A DNA stretch of 64,000 nt from Patescibacteria group bacterium (lineage in GTDB: Bacteria > Patescibacteriota > Doudnabacteria > UBA920 > O2-02-FULL-48-8), in the NCBI GenBank assembly GCA_036278915.1, contig DASUKB010000001.1, forward strand, positions 237,186 to 301,185, in the 5' to 3' direction. Position 1 is the stretch's first letter, and each line of letters starts with the position of its first letter. The translations under genes and the position numbers were made by a program. Below the pieces are notes generated by a model, which saw only the letters and a program-made list of their open reading frames with translations, was not told the origin of the DNA and did not search any database. This document shows positions 10,344 through 20,336 of the stretch, one piece after another.

Positions 10344-11261
10344 ATGTATAAAAAAGCGGTTTTGGCAGTGACAGTATTGGCAATCATATTTATATCTACG
10401 CCCAGGAAAAACCTTTCCTCGGGTTCAGAGTCGCGCGTATCCGCCGCTTCAAATACTGCTATCCAAGCCGCGCCAGCGGTAAAACCTTCACCAAAGCTTC
10501 CAAGTAAATTAGGTGAAGTTCCGCTTCCGCAAACATCAGCCAAGGCGATATTGGCTTTGGATCTCGAGACAAATGAGAAGCTTCTGGAGCAACATGCTGA
10601 CGAAAAATTGCCCACTGCCAGCCTAACCAAACTTATGACTGCAATGGTGGTCTCGGATACGGTTTCTGAAACTGATGTGGTTACCATCCAGAAACCCGAT
10701 GTACAGGTTGAATGTTCTTGCATGGGTCTTGTGGCAGGCGAACAGATCACGGTTGAAAATTTGCTGAAAGGCCTGTTGATCCCTTCCGGAAACGATGCGG
10801 CGCAGGCTTTAGCGCGATTTGCGGGAGGCGACAGCGTCCAGAATTTTGTTTATCTGATGAACCAAAAAGCAGAAACGCTGGGATTGTCGTCGACGCACTT
10901 TTCCAATCCAGTGGGGCTGGACAGTCCGGGTAATTATTCCACTGCCAATGATTTGGCGAAAATTACTGAAAGCTTCCTCAAGTATCCGGAACTGGAAAAA
11001 ATCGTAGCTACGGCCGGGGTAAATGTTTCGTCAGTGGACGGCAAAATCGTGCACAAACTGCGTACGAGCAATAAACTTTTACTCACGGATTCCGATGTTG
11101 TCGGCGTCAAAACTGGTTACACAGACGAGGCGCAGGGAAATCTGATTGTGAAAATCGAACGGGATAAAGCCCAGGTCCTAACGGTTGTGCTCAACACCCC
11201 GGATCGCGAAGGAGACACGCAAAAAGTAATTGATTGGATATTTGCGGAATACTCGTGGTAA
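10344..11261 (+). CDS. D-alanyl-D-alanine carboxypeptidase (peptidase S11)
   Basis: ASLTKLMT (SxxK), SGN (SxN), KTG. Confidence 0.93.
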   Translation: MYKKAVLAVTVLAIIFISTPRKNLSSGSESRVSAASNTAIQAAPAVKPSPKLPSKLGEVPLPQTSAKAILALDLETNEKLLEQHADEKLPTASLTKLMTAMVVSDTVSETDVVTIQKPDVQVECSCMGLVAGEQITVENLLKGLLIPSGNDAAQALARFAGGDSVQNFVYLMNQKAETLGLSSTHFSNPVGLDSPGNYSTANDLAKITESFLKYPELEKIVATAGVNVSSVDGKIVHKLRTSNKLLLTDSDVVGVKTGYTDEAQGNLIVKIERDKAQVLTVVLNTPDREGDTQKVIDWIFAEYSW

Positions 11262-11448
11262 ACGCGCGGGCTTATTTTGAGATAACTCAATACTAAAGTA
11301 AGTACTAAAGTCCTTACTAAATATTGCATATGCCTGTGTTGAATGGCATGTTTTGGCAATTTGTGTCTATTGTGGTATAATAAATCATAAATTGTTGTCC
11401 ACAATGGCCGAAATTGCTTATAAAATGACGAAACAAAACGCATAAATT

Positions 11449-12477
11449 ATGGAATTGACCGCTACAATTATAAAAATTTTCAGCCTGGCTGCGATGTCGT
11501 TTATTTTGGCAATTTTGCTGACACCGCTCTGGACTGACTTTTTGTACAAGCACAAGATAGGCAAAACTATACGTACCGGGAAAACTCCGGTATTTACAGG
11601 CCTGCACGCGCATAAGGCCGGCACGCCGACTATGGGCGGAGTGCTCATCTGGTTTACAACCCTTGCTTTAGCTGGCGGATTTTGGTTTTTGGATCGCGTG
11701 GCGCACATTGATTATTTTCATTATTTAAATTTCTTGACTCGCGCCCAGACGCTGCTGCCTTTGGGTGTACTGCTGCTTACGGCCCTAATGGGACTTTTGG
11801 ATGATTACTTGGGCATCAAAAGTTTCCGCGGCTTGCGCATGCGGTACCGGCTGATGTTTTACTCCATCATCGCGCTCTTAGGCGCCTACTGGTTTTATTA
11901 TAAGCTTGGTTTTGACGTGTTCCGAATACCGGGTATGGGCAATTATAATTTAGGGTTATGGTATATACCGTTTTTTATATTTGTGGTTATAGCCACCAGC
12001 TTTTCCGTGAACGAAACCGACGGTTTGGACGGTTTAGCCGGCGGCGTGCTTGCTGTTTGCTTTTTTGCGTACGGGGTAATTGCCTTTTTCCAGGGCCGAT
12101 ACGAACTCACAGCAATGACCGGCGTTTTGGGCGGAAGTCTCCTGGCTTTCTTATGGTTTAATATTTACCCGGCTAGATTTTTTATGGGTGATACAGGCGC
12201 AATGTCTTTGGGTACTGTCCTGGCCGTGATAGCTTTTTATACCAATTCGGTATTCGTGTTGCCGATTATTGGATTCATTCTTGTGCTCGAATCCGGGTCC
12301 GTCATAGTGCAGATAAGCTCAAGGATTATTTTCCACCGCAAAATTTTCCTGTCCACGCCGATCCACCACCACTTGGAAGCTTTGGGCTGGCCGGAAACGA
12401 AAGTCACTATGCGGTTTTGGATTATTTCGGCCATGGCCGCGGTAGTTGGGGTGGCAATCAATCTCATAGGGCGCTAA
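11449..12477 (+). CDS. mraY: Phospho-N-acetylmuramoyl-pentapeptide transferase
   Basis: KAGTPTMGG, LDD, NETDGLDGLA, FMGDTG, PIHHHLE. Confidence 0.96.
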   Translation: MELTATIIKIFSLAAMSFILAILLTPLWTDFLYKHKIGKTIRTGKTPVFTGLHAHKAGTPTMGGVLIWFTTLALAGGFWFLDRVAHIDYFHYLNFLTRAQTLLPLGVLLLTALMGLLDDYLGIKSFRGLRMRYRLMFYSIIALLGAYWFYYKLGFDVFRIPGMGNYNLGLWYIPFFIFVVIATSFSVNETDGLDGLAGGVLAVCFFAYGVIAFFQGRYELTAMTGVLGGSLLAFLWFNIYPARFFMGDTGAMSLGTVLAVIAFYTNSVFVLPIIGFILVLESGSVIVQISSRIIFHRKIFLSTPIHHHLEALGWPETKVTMRFWIISAMAAVVGVAINLIGR

Positions 12478-12484
12478 CTTTTTT

Positions 12485-14047
12485 ATGTACGACATTCTCA
12501 TTAAAAACGGTGAAGTGGTGGATGGCCTGGGCAAATCCCAAATCCGACGGGATGTGGCTATTGAGCGCGGACACATAGCCGATATTTCCGAAAATATTTC
12601 CGAATCTAAAGCCAAGCAGGTTTTGAACGCTTCTGGCAAAATTGTCGCACCGGGATTTATAGATATCCAAAACCATTCAGATTCCTATTGGACGCTTTTT
12701 GATCACCCGGCAGCCGAAAGCCTGCTCTCGCAAGGGATTACAACTATAATTGTGGGCAACTGCGGTTCGTCGGTGGCGCCGCTTACGAGTGCTGAGGCTA
12801 TAAAGACCATCCAGAAGTGGCACAATTTGGCCGGAGTGAACATCAATTGGTCATCGTTTGCGGAATTTCTACGCAATCTTGAAGGACGGATCGGGGTCAA
12901 CGTCGGCAGTTTAGTCGGGCATGCCACTATTCGCCGCGGTTTGGTGGGCGACGCGGTACGGCCCGCGACCTTTGACGAGATCCGGATCATGGACAAATTG
13001 CTCTGGCAGGCATTAAGCCAGGGTGCGTTCGGTTTGTCTATGGGCTTGGTTTACGCGCACGAAGTCAATTCGCATACCGGCGAACTCATGGAACTGGCAC
13101 AAAATCTCAAAGTTCGCGATGCTTATCTGTCCGTGCATCTGCGCTCCGAGGGCACGCATATTTTGGAAAGCCTGGATGAAGTTATAGAAATTGCCAAACG
13201 ATCGGAAGTGGCGCTCAAAATTTCCCACTTTAAAATCCGCAAATCCAAAAATTGGCATCTTGCCGAGAATGTTCTCAAGAAACTGGAAGATGCTTACCAC
13301 AAGGGACTTAACGTAAGCTTCGATGTCTACCCTTACGACACGACCTGGGCCGTGCTCTATACGTATATGCCGAAATGGGCGTACGAAGGCGGGCGCGCGG
13401 AAATTTTGAAGGTATTGGCAGATCCTTTGCAGCGGAAAAAAGTCTTGGAATTCCTCAAAACGCAGGAGCATGATTATAGAAAAATCATTATTGCGACATC
13501 GGAGGGGGCTACGGGATTTGTCGGTAAATCGGTGTCAGACATAGCACAAAATTCCGGTGTTTCAGAAACTGAAGCACTGCTAAATGTATTGGCGGCTACG
13601 GCAACCCAAGCCATAAGCTTTGACCAGAATTTGTCTTTTGGGGTCGTTGAGCAGTTTATGAGTTCGCCGCTCGCAATGATCGCAACCGATGGAGCGGGTT
13701 ACGGAACGCGCAGTTCCCCGAATCTGGTGCACCCTCGATGCTTTGGCGCGATGCCTAAATTTTTATCTTGGGCCCGCGATTCAAAGAAACTTTCCCTGCC
13801 GGAGGCTGTTAAAAAGATTACAAGCCAGCCGGCGAAGCTTTTGGGTTTGTCTGATCGAGGAGTTTTGGATACAAGCTCCATAGCGGATGTGGTCGTGTTT
13901 GATCCAAAAAATATACGCGATCTTGCCACTTATGCCGACCCTTACAAGTTTTCAGCCGGAATTGAACATGTTTTGGTCAACGGCAATCTTGCATATTCGG
14001 GAGCAAAATTTTTGGGTAAGTTCGGAGCGACATTGAGAAAATCCTGA
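12485..14047 (+). CDS. N-acyl-D-amino-acid deacylase-like amidohydrolase
   Basis: APGFIDIQNHSD, GNCG, HLRSE, SHFK, DVYPY, ATDG, HPRCFG. Confidence 0.85.
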   Translation: MYDILIKNGEVVDGLGKSQIRRDVAIERGHIADISENISESKAKQVLNASGKIVAPGFIDIQNHSDSYWTLFDHPAAESLLSQGITTIIVGNCGSSVAPLTSAEAIKTIQKWHNLAGVNINWSSFAEFLRNLEGRIGVNVGSLVGHATIRRGLVGDAVRPATFDEIRIMDKLLWQALSQGAFGLSMGLVYAHEVNSHTGELMELAQNLKVRDAYLSVHLRSEGTHILESLDEVIEIAKRSEVALKISHFKIRKSKNWHLAENVLKKLEDAYHKGLNVSFDVYPYDTTWAVLYTYMPKWAYEGGRAEILKVLADPLQRKKVLEFLKTQEHDYRKIIIATSEGATGFVGKSVSDIAQNSGVSETEALLNVLAATATQAISFDQNLSFGVVEQFMSSPLAMIATDGAGYGTRSSPNLVHPRCFGAMPKFLSWARDSKKLSLPEAVKKITSQPAKLLGLSDRGVLDTSSIADVVVFDPKNIRDLATYADPYKFSAGIEHVLVNGNLAYSGAKFLGKFGATLRKS

Positions 14048-15321
14048 TGCTTGAAGATTTAAAAGGCAAAAAAATCGCAATCGTGGGCTTTGGCACCAAC
14101 AATCGCAAACTTGCGGCATTTTTTGCAAAGCACGGGGTTGAGTTTGAGACAATAGAAAACTGGGGACTGAATTCCAGCCTGATTGGCCGGCTGGATTCAT
14201 ACGATGTCATTTTCCGCACGCCGGGGCTTCCTTACAATTCGCCTGCCATCCAGCAGGCCAAACAAAAAGGCGTGGAGGTTTCGAGTCAAACCAAATTATT
14301 TTTTAAACTTTGTCCCGCGGCAATTATTGGCGTGACGGGCACTAAGGGCAAGGGTACGACCTCAACGCTCATCGCGCGGATTCTGTCCGCCGCGGGCGGA
14401 TCCGCCCCTGGCAGAGAAATAACTTACGATCGGGTCTGGCTCGGCGGTAACATCGGAGTGGATCCGTTTGAGTTTATAGATGAAATTAAAGCCTCCGATT
14501 TGGTGGTTTTGGAACTGTCCAGTTTTCAACTGCAGGATCTGCAAACGAGTCCGCACGTGGCCGTGGTGCTTAACATTACCGCGGACCATTTGGATCCATC
14601 CGGCTCGTATGAATCGCCTTCGCACGCAAGTCTTGAGGAATACACAAATGCCAAATTGCAAATTGTTGCGCACCAGACGGAAAAAGATTTTGCGGTAATG
14701 TCGCATGAGCTGCCGGAGAGCGCCCATATAGGCAAGGGCAGAAAAATTATTTTTTCGCCTGCAGATGTGGCGGATTTTGAATACAATTTAATTGGCAAGC
14801 ACAATTTAGAAAATATCGCAGCTGCCGTGGCCGTGGGTAAAATTTACGACGTGCCGGAAGAAAAGATGCGAGCGGCTGTCTTGGCTTTCAAAGGCTTGCC
14901 GCACCGATTGCAGATTACAATGCAAAAAGACGGAATCACTTATGTGGATGATTCCGTAAGCACTAACGAGGATTCGACGATTGCCGCAATCCGCGCGTTT
15001 GCCGGGCCTTTGATTTTGATTGCCGGAGGCTCAAGCAAGGGATTGGATTACAATAAGCTTGGGCAGGTTATAGTCTCAAGTCCAAACCTGAAAGCCTTGG
15101 TTCTGGTAGGGCAGGAAGCGGACAAGATTTCGAAAGCCGCGGCTGGATTTCGCGGAAAGATTTTTACAGGCGCAAAAAGTATGGAGGAGATTGTAAGGCA
15201 GGCAAAAAGTGCCGCTGTCTCAGGAGATACAATTTTGCTTTCGCCGGCCGCAGCCAGTTTTGATATGTTCACAGACTACAAGGACCGCGCCGCTCAATTT
15301 GCCGAGGAAATTTCCAAATGA
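14047..15321 (+). CDS. murD: UDP-MurNAc-L-Ala:D-Glu ligase
   Basis: GVTGTKGKGTT, GGNIG, LELSSFQL, GLPHRL, LLSPAAASFDMF. Confidence 0.95.
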   Translation: MLEDLKGKKIAIVGFGTNNRKLAAFFAKHGVEFETIENWGLNSSLIGRLDSYDVIFRTPGLPYNSPAIQQAKQKGVEVSSQTKLFFKLCPAAIIGVTGTKGKGTTSTLIARILSAAGGSAPGREITYDRVWLGGNIGVDPFEFIDEIKASDLVVLELSSFQLQDLQTSPHVAVVLNITADHLDPSGSYESPSHASLEEYTNAKLQIVAHQTEKDFAVMSHELPESAHIGKGRKIIFSPADVADFEYNLIGKHNLENIAAAVAVGKIYDVPEEKMRAAVLAFKGLPHRLQITMQKDGITYVDDSVSTNEDSTIAAIRAFAGPLILIAGGSSKGLDYNKLGQVIVSSPNLKALVLVGQEADKISKAAAGFRGKIFTGAKSMEEIVRQAKSAAVSGDTILLSPAAASFDMFTDYKDRAAQFAEEISK

Positions 15322-16430
15322 AAATTAAACGACTCCCAAAAGTAGACCGCGGCTTGCTCTGGGTTATTTTGATTCTTCTGGCTTTTGGCTTGGTCAGTTT
15401 GTATTCGGCGTCGTCCGTGCTCTCCAGCCAAAGATTCGGAAATAATTATTATTATTTTGTCCGGCAAATTGGATTTGGCGCAATACCAGGACTGATTGCA
15501 ATGTATGTTTTGTCGCGGATTGACTACCACGTCTGGCAAAAATTAGCGCCATTGCTCATTGTCGGCGGCGTAGGCCTGTTGGTGGCCGTGCTTTTGCCGG
15601 GGATTGGACTCCGCGTTGCTGGCGCCAGGCGCTGGATCAATTTGCAATATTTTTTGTTCCAACCAGCGGAATTCGTCAAGCTCGCCGTAATTTTCTATCT
15701 GGCGAGTTGGTATGACAAACGCCAGCAGCACACCCACGACCTGTATTACGGCTTCCTGCCAATTTTGACAATTGTGCTTATCGTGTCCGGGCTTATAATT
15801 TTGGAACCGGATTTGGGGACTATGCTTGTGCTTATTGCCATTGCTGCGGTAATGTTCTTTTTGGGCGGAGTGCGCCTGCGCTATCTGTTTGGCACAGCAG
15901 TGGTCGGAAGCATGGTCTTGTGGCTGGCCATTAAGGCTGCGCCTTACCGGGCTTCCCGTTTGCTGGCATTTTTTAATCCGCAAGCCGATGCCCAGGGCGT
16001 TTCGTACCAAATCAATCAGGCGCTCTTGGCCATAGGAAGCGGCGGCTTTTGGGGCCGAGGATACGGCCAATCTTTGCAGAAGCAAAATTATCTGCCGGAA
16101 ACTATCGGCGACTCCATTTTTGCCGTAATTTCGGAAGAGATGGGCTTTGTGAGAATTCTGGCCGTGCTGATTGGATTTCTGTTTCTGGCGCTCCGTGGTT
16201 TCCGCGTGGCGCTGAAGGCGCCCGACACATTTGGAAGGCTTGTGGCAGCCGGGATTACGTCGTGGATTGTCATGCAGGCTATCATCAATATCGGAGGCAT
16301 CACGGCCGTCATTCCGCTGACAGGAATTCCTCTGCCGTTCATTTCATACGGCTCCACGGCCATGGCCATGAACTTGGGCGCACTTGGAATTTTACTTAAT
16401 ATTTCACGATACACCGGCAAAAGAGCATGA
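15318..16430 (+). CDS. ftsW: SEDS peptidoglycan polymerase
   Basis: GARRWI, FQPAEFVK, EPDLGT, GIPLPFISYG; follows murD. Confidence 0.92.
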   Translation: MKIKRLPKVDRGLLWVILILLAFGLVSLYSASSVLSSQRFGNNYYYFVRQIGFGAIPGLIAMYVLSRIDYHVWQKLAPLLIVGGVGLLVAVLLPGIGLRVAGARRWINLQYFLFQPAEFVKLAVIFYLASWYDKRQQHTHDLYYGFLPILTIVLIVSGLIILEPDLGTMLVLIAIAAVMFFLGGVRLRYLFGTAVVGSMVLWLAIKAAPYRASRLLAFFNPQADAQGVSYQINQALLAIGSGGFWGRGYGQSLQKQNYLPETIGDSIFAVISEEMGFVRILAVLIGFLFLALRGFRVALKAPDTFGRLVAAGITSWIVMQAIINIGGITAVIPLTGIPLPFISYGSTAMAMNLGALGILLNISRYTGKRA

Positions 16431-18415
16431 ATAGATTCCATAAAAAATTAGACGATAGAGAAATCTTGAATAATTCAGAATTTTTGATAATGCCGAAAAT
16501 TCCCGCGGCCGAAACTCCGAAGTTAGGCAAAAGACCCGGCAAGTGGAACCTTATTCGTTTTGCCGCCACTTTATTGGTGTTCACTTTGCTTCTTCAGGCG
16601 GCAGAATATCTGTCTTCCGCGCAGCACGCACAGGGGGAGATTTTAGGTGCGGCCACAAGTGCGTATGATGATTTAAGCGGCGCGCAGGCATCACTTACCA
16701 GTCAGGACTTCAATGGCGCGAAAAACCAATTCAGCCAGGCGCTGGATAATCTGCAATCCGCACAAAGCAAGCTCGATGGCTTTAAAGCCTTGGAACTTGT
16801 GGCGCCGCAGGCCAAAGGTGCCGCACATGTTTTAGCCGGCGCGCAATATTTGGCCCAGGCTGGAGCGAAACTTACAGATGCGCTGGGAATCTTTGATAAG
16901 CTAAATGTTTCGAGCAGCGGCGTGGCAGATGCCAACTTCAGCCAGGTCCTTTTGCAAAACAGAGATCTCGTTTCGTCATCTCTGAACCTTCTCACCCAGG
17001 CCGGTGCAGAATTTGACCAGGCTAGTGGGTTGCCCTCGGATTACTCGGCGACCTTGCAGGCGGCCCGCGACCAGATATCGGTTCTCACGGGACTTTTGCA
17101 GAATCTTTCTGATTTGGAGGATATCTACTTGGGTTTTTTTGGCAACGGACCGAAAGTTTACCTCTTGGCATTCCAAAATTACGATGAAGTCCGCGCTACC
17201 GGAGGGTTTATAGGAACTTATGGCGTGCTTAAAATCAATAGCGGGCAGATCCAGGATTTAAAAATTGACAGCATTTATGATTTGGACGGACACATCTACT
17301 CCAATACCGCAGCTCCTGGGCCGTTCCAGCCGGCTATACAGAAATGGGGGATTCGCGATGCCAATTGGTTTGCGGATTTTCCGACATCCGCGCGCAAACT
17401 TTTGGAATTTTTTGAAGCCGGTTCGCAAACCGCGGACGGCGTGGTCGCGGTCACGCCTGCAATTTTTGAAGACTTGCTTAAAGTCACAGGCCCAATTAAT
17501 ATGCCGTCTTACGGGGTAACCATTACCGCTGATAACTTCCAACAGGTGGTGCAATTTAAGACATCGGTGGACTACGACCGCACGCTCAACCAGCCCAAAC
17601 AGATGCTGGCGGATTTTGCCCCTATGCTTTTAGACCGATTGTCGAACCTTTCGCGCGACCAGTGGCTTGCGCTTTTGCAGGATATGGAACAGAATTTAAT
17701 CCAAAAACAAATTTTACTTTACAGCACGGATCCGAATCTTGAACAGAAAATCACAGATCTTAAGGTCGCAGGAAACATTGAGCAGACCGATTTTGATTAT
17801 TTCAACGTGGTCAATACCAATCTCGGCGGCACCAAGACGGACCTTTCGGTCAAACAGACTGTTTCGCTTTCGGCAAAAGTTTTATCCGACGGCTCGGTTA
17901 TGGACACTGTCAAAATTGACCGTGCGAATACCTCAAGTCAAGTCAATAAAGATTATTTGCGCGTGCTTGTGCCAGACGGCGCAACCTTGATTTCTTCCAC
18001 CGGGTTTGACCCGGGAGATTTCAACTCATCGCAGGCGCAGGGTTTGCAGACTGATCCGGAGCTGGCGGCTTGGGACAAGGGGACACTTTCGGGGCAGACG
18101 TTTATACGCACCGAGTCCGGCAAAACGGAATTCGCTGGCTGGCTGAATTTAGAAAGCGGAGCAGATAAAGCAATTACGCTTGTCTACATGTTGCCTAAAA
18201 AATTAAATATAAGTTTTTTGCACCCGAGTGACTCGTATTCTTTGCTTTTCCAAAAACAAGACGGAGTTTTGCCGTACGATTTTTCCGCCTCACTCGACGT
18301 GGGAAATTTCAGCCCGAAATGGGAGACCGCAGATGCAGCGGCGGACTCGCGCAAGATAAATTTTAAATACACCACGGGTTCAGACCAGTATTGGGGCATC
18401 GCAGTGTCCAAATGA
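16427..18415 (+). CDS. DUF4012-like membrane-anchored protein
   Basis: FQNYDEVRATGGFIGTYG, IRDANWFADFPTSA, NTNLGGTKTD. Confidence 0.8.
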   Translation: MNRFHKKLDDREILNNSEFLIMPKIPAAETPKLGKRPGKWNLIRFAATLLVFTLLLQAAEYLSSAQHAQGEILGAATSAYDDLSGAQASLTSQDFNGAKNQFSQALDNLQSAQSKLDGFKALELVAPQAKGAAHVLAGAQYLAQAGAKLTDALGIFDKLNVSSSGVADANFSQVLLQNRDLVSSSLNLLTQAGAEFDQASGLPSDYSATLQAARDQISVLTGLLQNLSDLEDIYLGFFGNGPKVYLLAFQNYDEVRATGGFIGTYGVLKINSGQIQDLKIDSIYDLDGHIYSNTAAPGPFQPAIQKWGIRDANWFADFPTSARKLLEFFEAGSQTADGVVAVTPAIFEDLLKVTGPINMPSYGVTITADNFQQVVQFKTSVDYDRTLNQPKQMLADFAPMLLDRLSNLSRDQWLALLQDMEQNLIQKQILLYSTDPNLEQKITDLKVAGNIEQTDFDYFNVVNTNLGGTKTDLSVKQTVSLSAKVLSDGSVMDTVKIDRANTSSQVNKDYLRVLVPDGATLISSTGFDPGDFNSSQAQGLQTDPELAAWDKGTLSGQTFIRTESGKTEFAGWLNLESGADKAITLVYMLPKKLNISFLHPSDSYSLLFQKQDGVLPYDFSASLDVGNFSPKWETADAAADSRKINFKYTTGSDQYWGIAVSK

Positions 18416-20031
18416 GCAACGACATCTACCGCAACCACAAAAGCCACGTTGGATCCGCGGCGATTATCATCGCTGTCTTTACGCTGCTTTCAAAAATTAT
18501 GGGTTTGGCGCGAGACGCGATTTTTTCCCACCAATTCGGCACCAGCACAATAATTGACGCATACTTTGCCGCATTTCGGATTCCGGATTTTGTATTTAAT
18601 CTTTTGATCTTGGGCACGTTTTCTGTGGCGTTTATTCCGATTTTTTCCGAATACCTGCTTAAAGATGAAAAAGCCGCAAACAGGCTTGCCTCCAGCATCA
18701 TCAATGTCACGTTGATGATGATTTTGGGTTTGAGCGTGTTGGCTCTTATATTTATAAACCCTTTGGTTTCGGCCATTGCGCCAGGCTTCACAGGTCAGGC
18801 CAGGGAACTTACAAAGCAATTCACCGAAATCTTCCTGCTCTCGCCGATTTTTTTGACCTTGTCGTCTATAACCTCAAGCATGCTCAACACCCACAAGCGG
18901 TTTGCGATAGTGTCGGCAGCGCCTCTAATTTATAATGCCTCCATAATTTTAGGCGTGCTTGTGCTGTACCCGAAATTTGGGGCCATGGGCCTGGCATTTG
19001 GAGTGGTCATTGGCGCTTTTCTTCACTTTGCTATCCAACTGCCGCAATTGTTTGGCCTGGGATTCCACTACAGAACAAAAATCGATGTGCATCAGGCCGG
19101 ATTTGTGCAATTTTGGAAGCTGTATTGGCCGCGAATTTTTTCTATGGGCACGGGTCAAGTGACTCTCCTAGTTGCCAGCATTTTCGGTTCTTTCTTAGGT
19201 GTGGGCAGTCTTTCGGCCTTTTATTATGCCAACAACCTGCAGGGAGTTTTCCTAAGCATCTTCGCGGTGTCAGCCGCCTTGGCTGTGTTCCCGACCATGT
19301 CGGATTTGTATAATGAAAAAAAATTAGACGGGCTCAAGGACGTAATTGCGCACACGACAATGCAGATTTTGTACTTTATAATCCCGCTGTCCGTGCTTAT
19401 GCTTATTTTGCGCGCGCAAATCGTACGCTTGGTGCTAGGTATTGGGCAGAACACGTCTTTTACTTTTGCCGACGTGCGTATAGTCGCAGCGACCCTGGGT
19501 TTGTTTGTCATCTCTATGTTTGCGCAGGGACTGATTGCGCTTTTTACGCGCGCATTCTACGCCATGCAAAATACGAAAATTCCCGTGATTGTAAGTTTCA
19601 TTACTATTGCTTTGAACATCGTACTCACGGCGATTTTGGTGCATAAGTACGGCGTGCCAGGACTGGCGCTGGCGTTTTCCATCACAAGTCTTTTGGAACT
19701 TTTGATTTTGATGATGGAACTGCATTTCAAACTTGGCCACATTCACGACGAATACCTCATAGTCGGCAGTCTTAAAATTATCATCAGCTCGCTTATAGGC
19801 GCGATTCTGGCCTACATAATGCTCTATGTAGCCGCGTCGTTTGTGCATACCAACACATACTTTGGATTGCTTGGACAGGCCGTAATATCTGGCCTGTCAG
19901 GTGTCGCTGGATTTTTGGCCATCAGTTGGGCTATGGGAGTTTCGGAAACGCACAATATAATTTCCGTGTCTAAAAACGTAGTTGCCAAGGCCGGCAAACC
20001 GTTTGCATACATTTGGAGTATGTGGTCATAA
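18412..20031 (+). CDS. murJ: Lipid II flippase
   Basis: SKIMGLARD, DAYFAAFRIPDF, RAFYAMQNTKIP. Confidence 0.95.
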   Translation: MSNDIYRNHKSHVGSAAIIIAVFTLLSKIMGLARDAIFSHQFGTSTIIDAYFAAFRIPDFVFNLLILGTFSVAFIPIFSEYLLKDEKAANRLASSIINVTLMMILGLSVLALIFINPLVSAIAPGFTGQARELTKQFTEIFLLSPIFLTLSSITSSMLNTHKRFAIVSAAPLIYNASIILGVLVLYPKFGAMGLAFGVVIGAFLHFAIQLPQLFGLGFHYRTKIDVHQAGFVQFWKLYWPRIFSMGTGQVTLLVASIFGSFLGVGSLSAFYYANNLQGVFLSIFAVSAALAVFPTMSDLYNEKKLDGLKDVIAHTTMQILYFIIPLSVLMLILRAQIVRLVLGIGQNTSFTFADVRIVAATLGLFVISMFAQGLIALFTRAFYAMQNTKIPVIVSFITIALNIVLTAILVHKYGVPGLALAFSITSLLELLILMMELHFKLGHIHDEYLIVGSLKIIISSLIGAILAYIMLYVAASFVHTNTYFGLLGQAVISGLSGVAGFLAISWAMGVSETHNIISVSKNVVAKAGKPFAYIWSMWS

Positions 20032-20032
20032 G

Positions 20033-20145
20033 GCGCTCGGGAGAAATTTTTGTCGGACACCAGCCCGACTGGACGTCAGTCTGGCGGGCGGCCGCTTCGG
20101 GCGGCTTAAAGTGCTCAATATTGGAAAGTCTCGCACGTTGTCCTC
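20033..20145. repeat. Dispersed hairpin repeat, copy 1 (inverted relative to 48894-48977, with a 29-nt insert)
   Basis: Reverse complement aligns with 48894-48977: 49 of the first 56 nt identical. Confidence 0.85.
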
Positions 20146-20168
20146 CAGAATTTTTGCTGTGTTGTCAA

Positions 20169-20223
20169 CCCAGTAGAAATTCGATAATGCTTCGCATTTC
20201 TAGAATCGAATTTCACTACTGGG
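20169..20223. repeat. GTAG...CTAC-flanked palindrome
   Basis: CCCAGTAG-AAATTCGAT...ATCGAATTT-CA-CTACTGGG; related to 25108-25185. Confidence 0.7.
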
Positions 20224-20262
20224 CAGGTATAGGCGTTTAGGGTATAATAAACGCGTAAAGAA

Positions 20263-20327
20263 TTGTCATCCTGAACGCAGTGAAGGATCCTACGTGAGAT
20301 TCTTCGGCTTCGCCTCAGAATGACAAT
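20263..20327. repeat. REP-like palindromic element
   Basis: TTGTCATCCTGAACGCAGTGAAGGATC...GATTCTTCGGCTTCGCCTCAGAATGACAA, imperfect inverted repeat before lepA. Confidence 0.75.
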
Positions 20328-20336
20328 ATTATTTAT

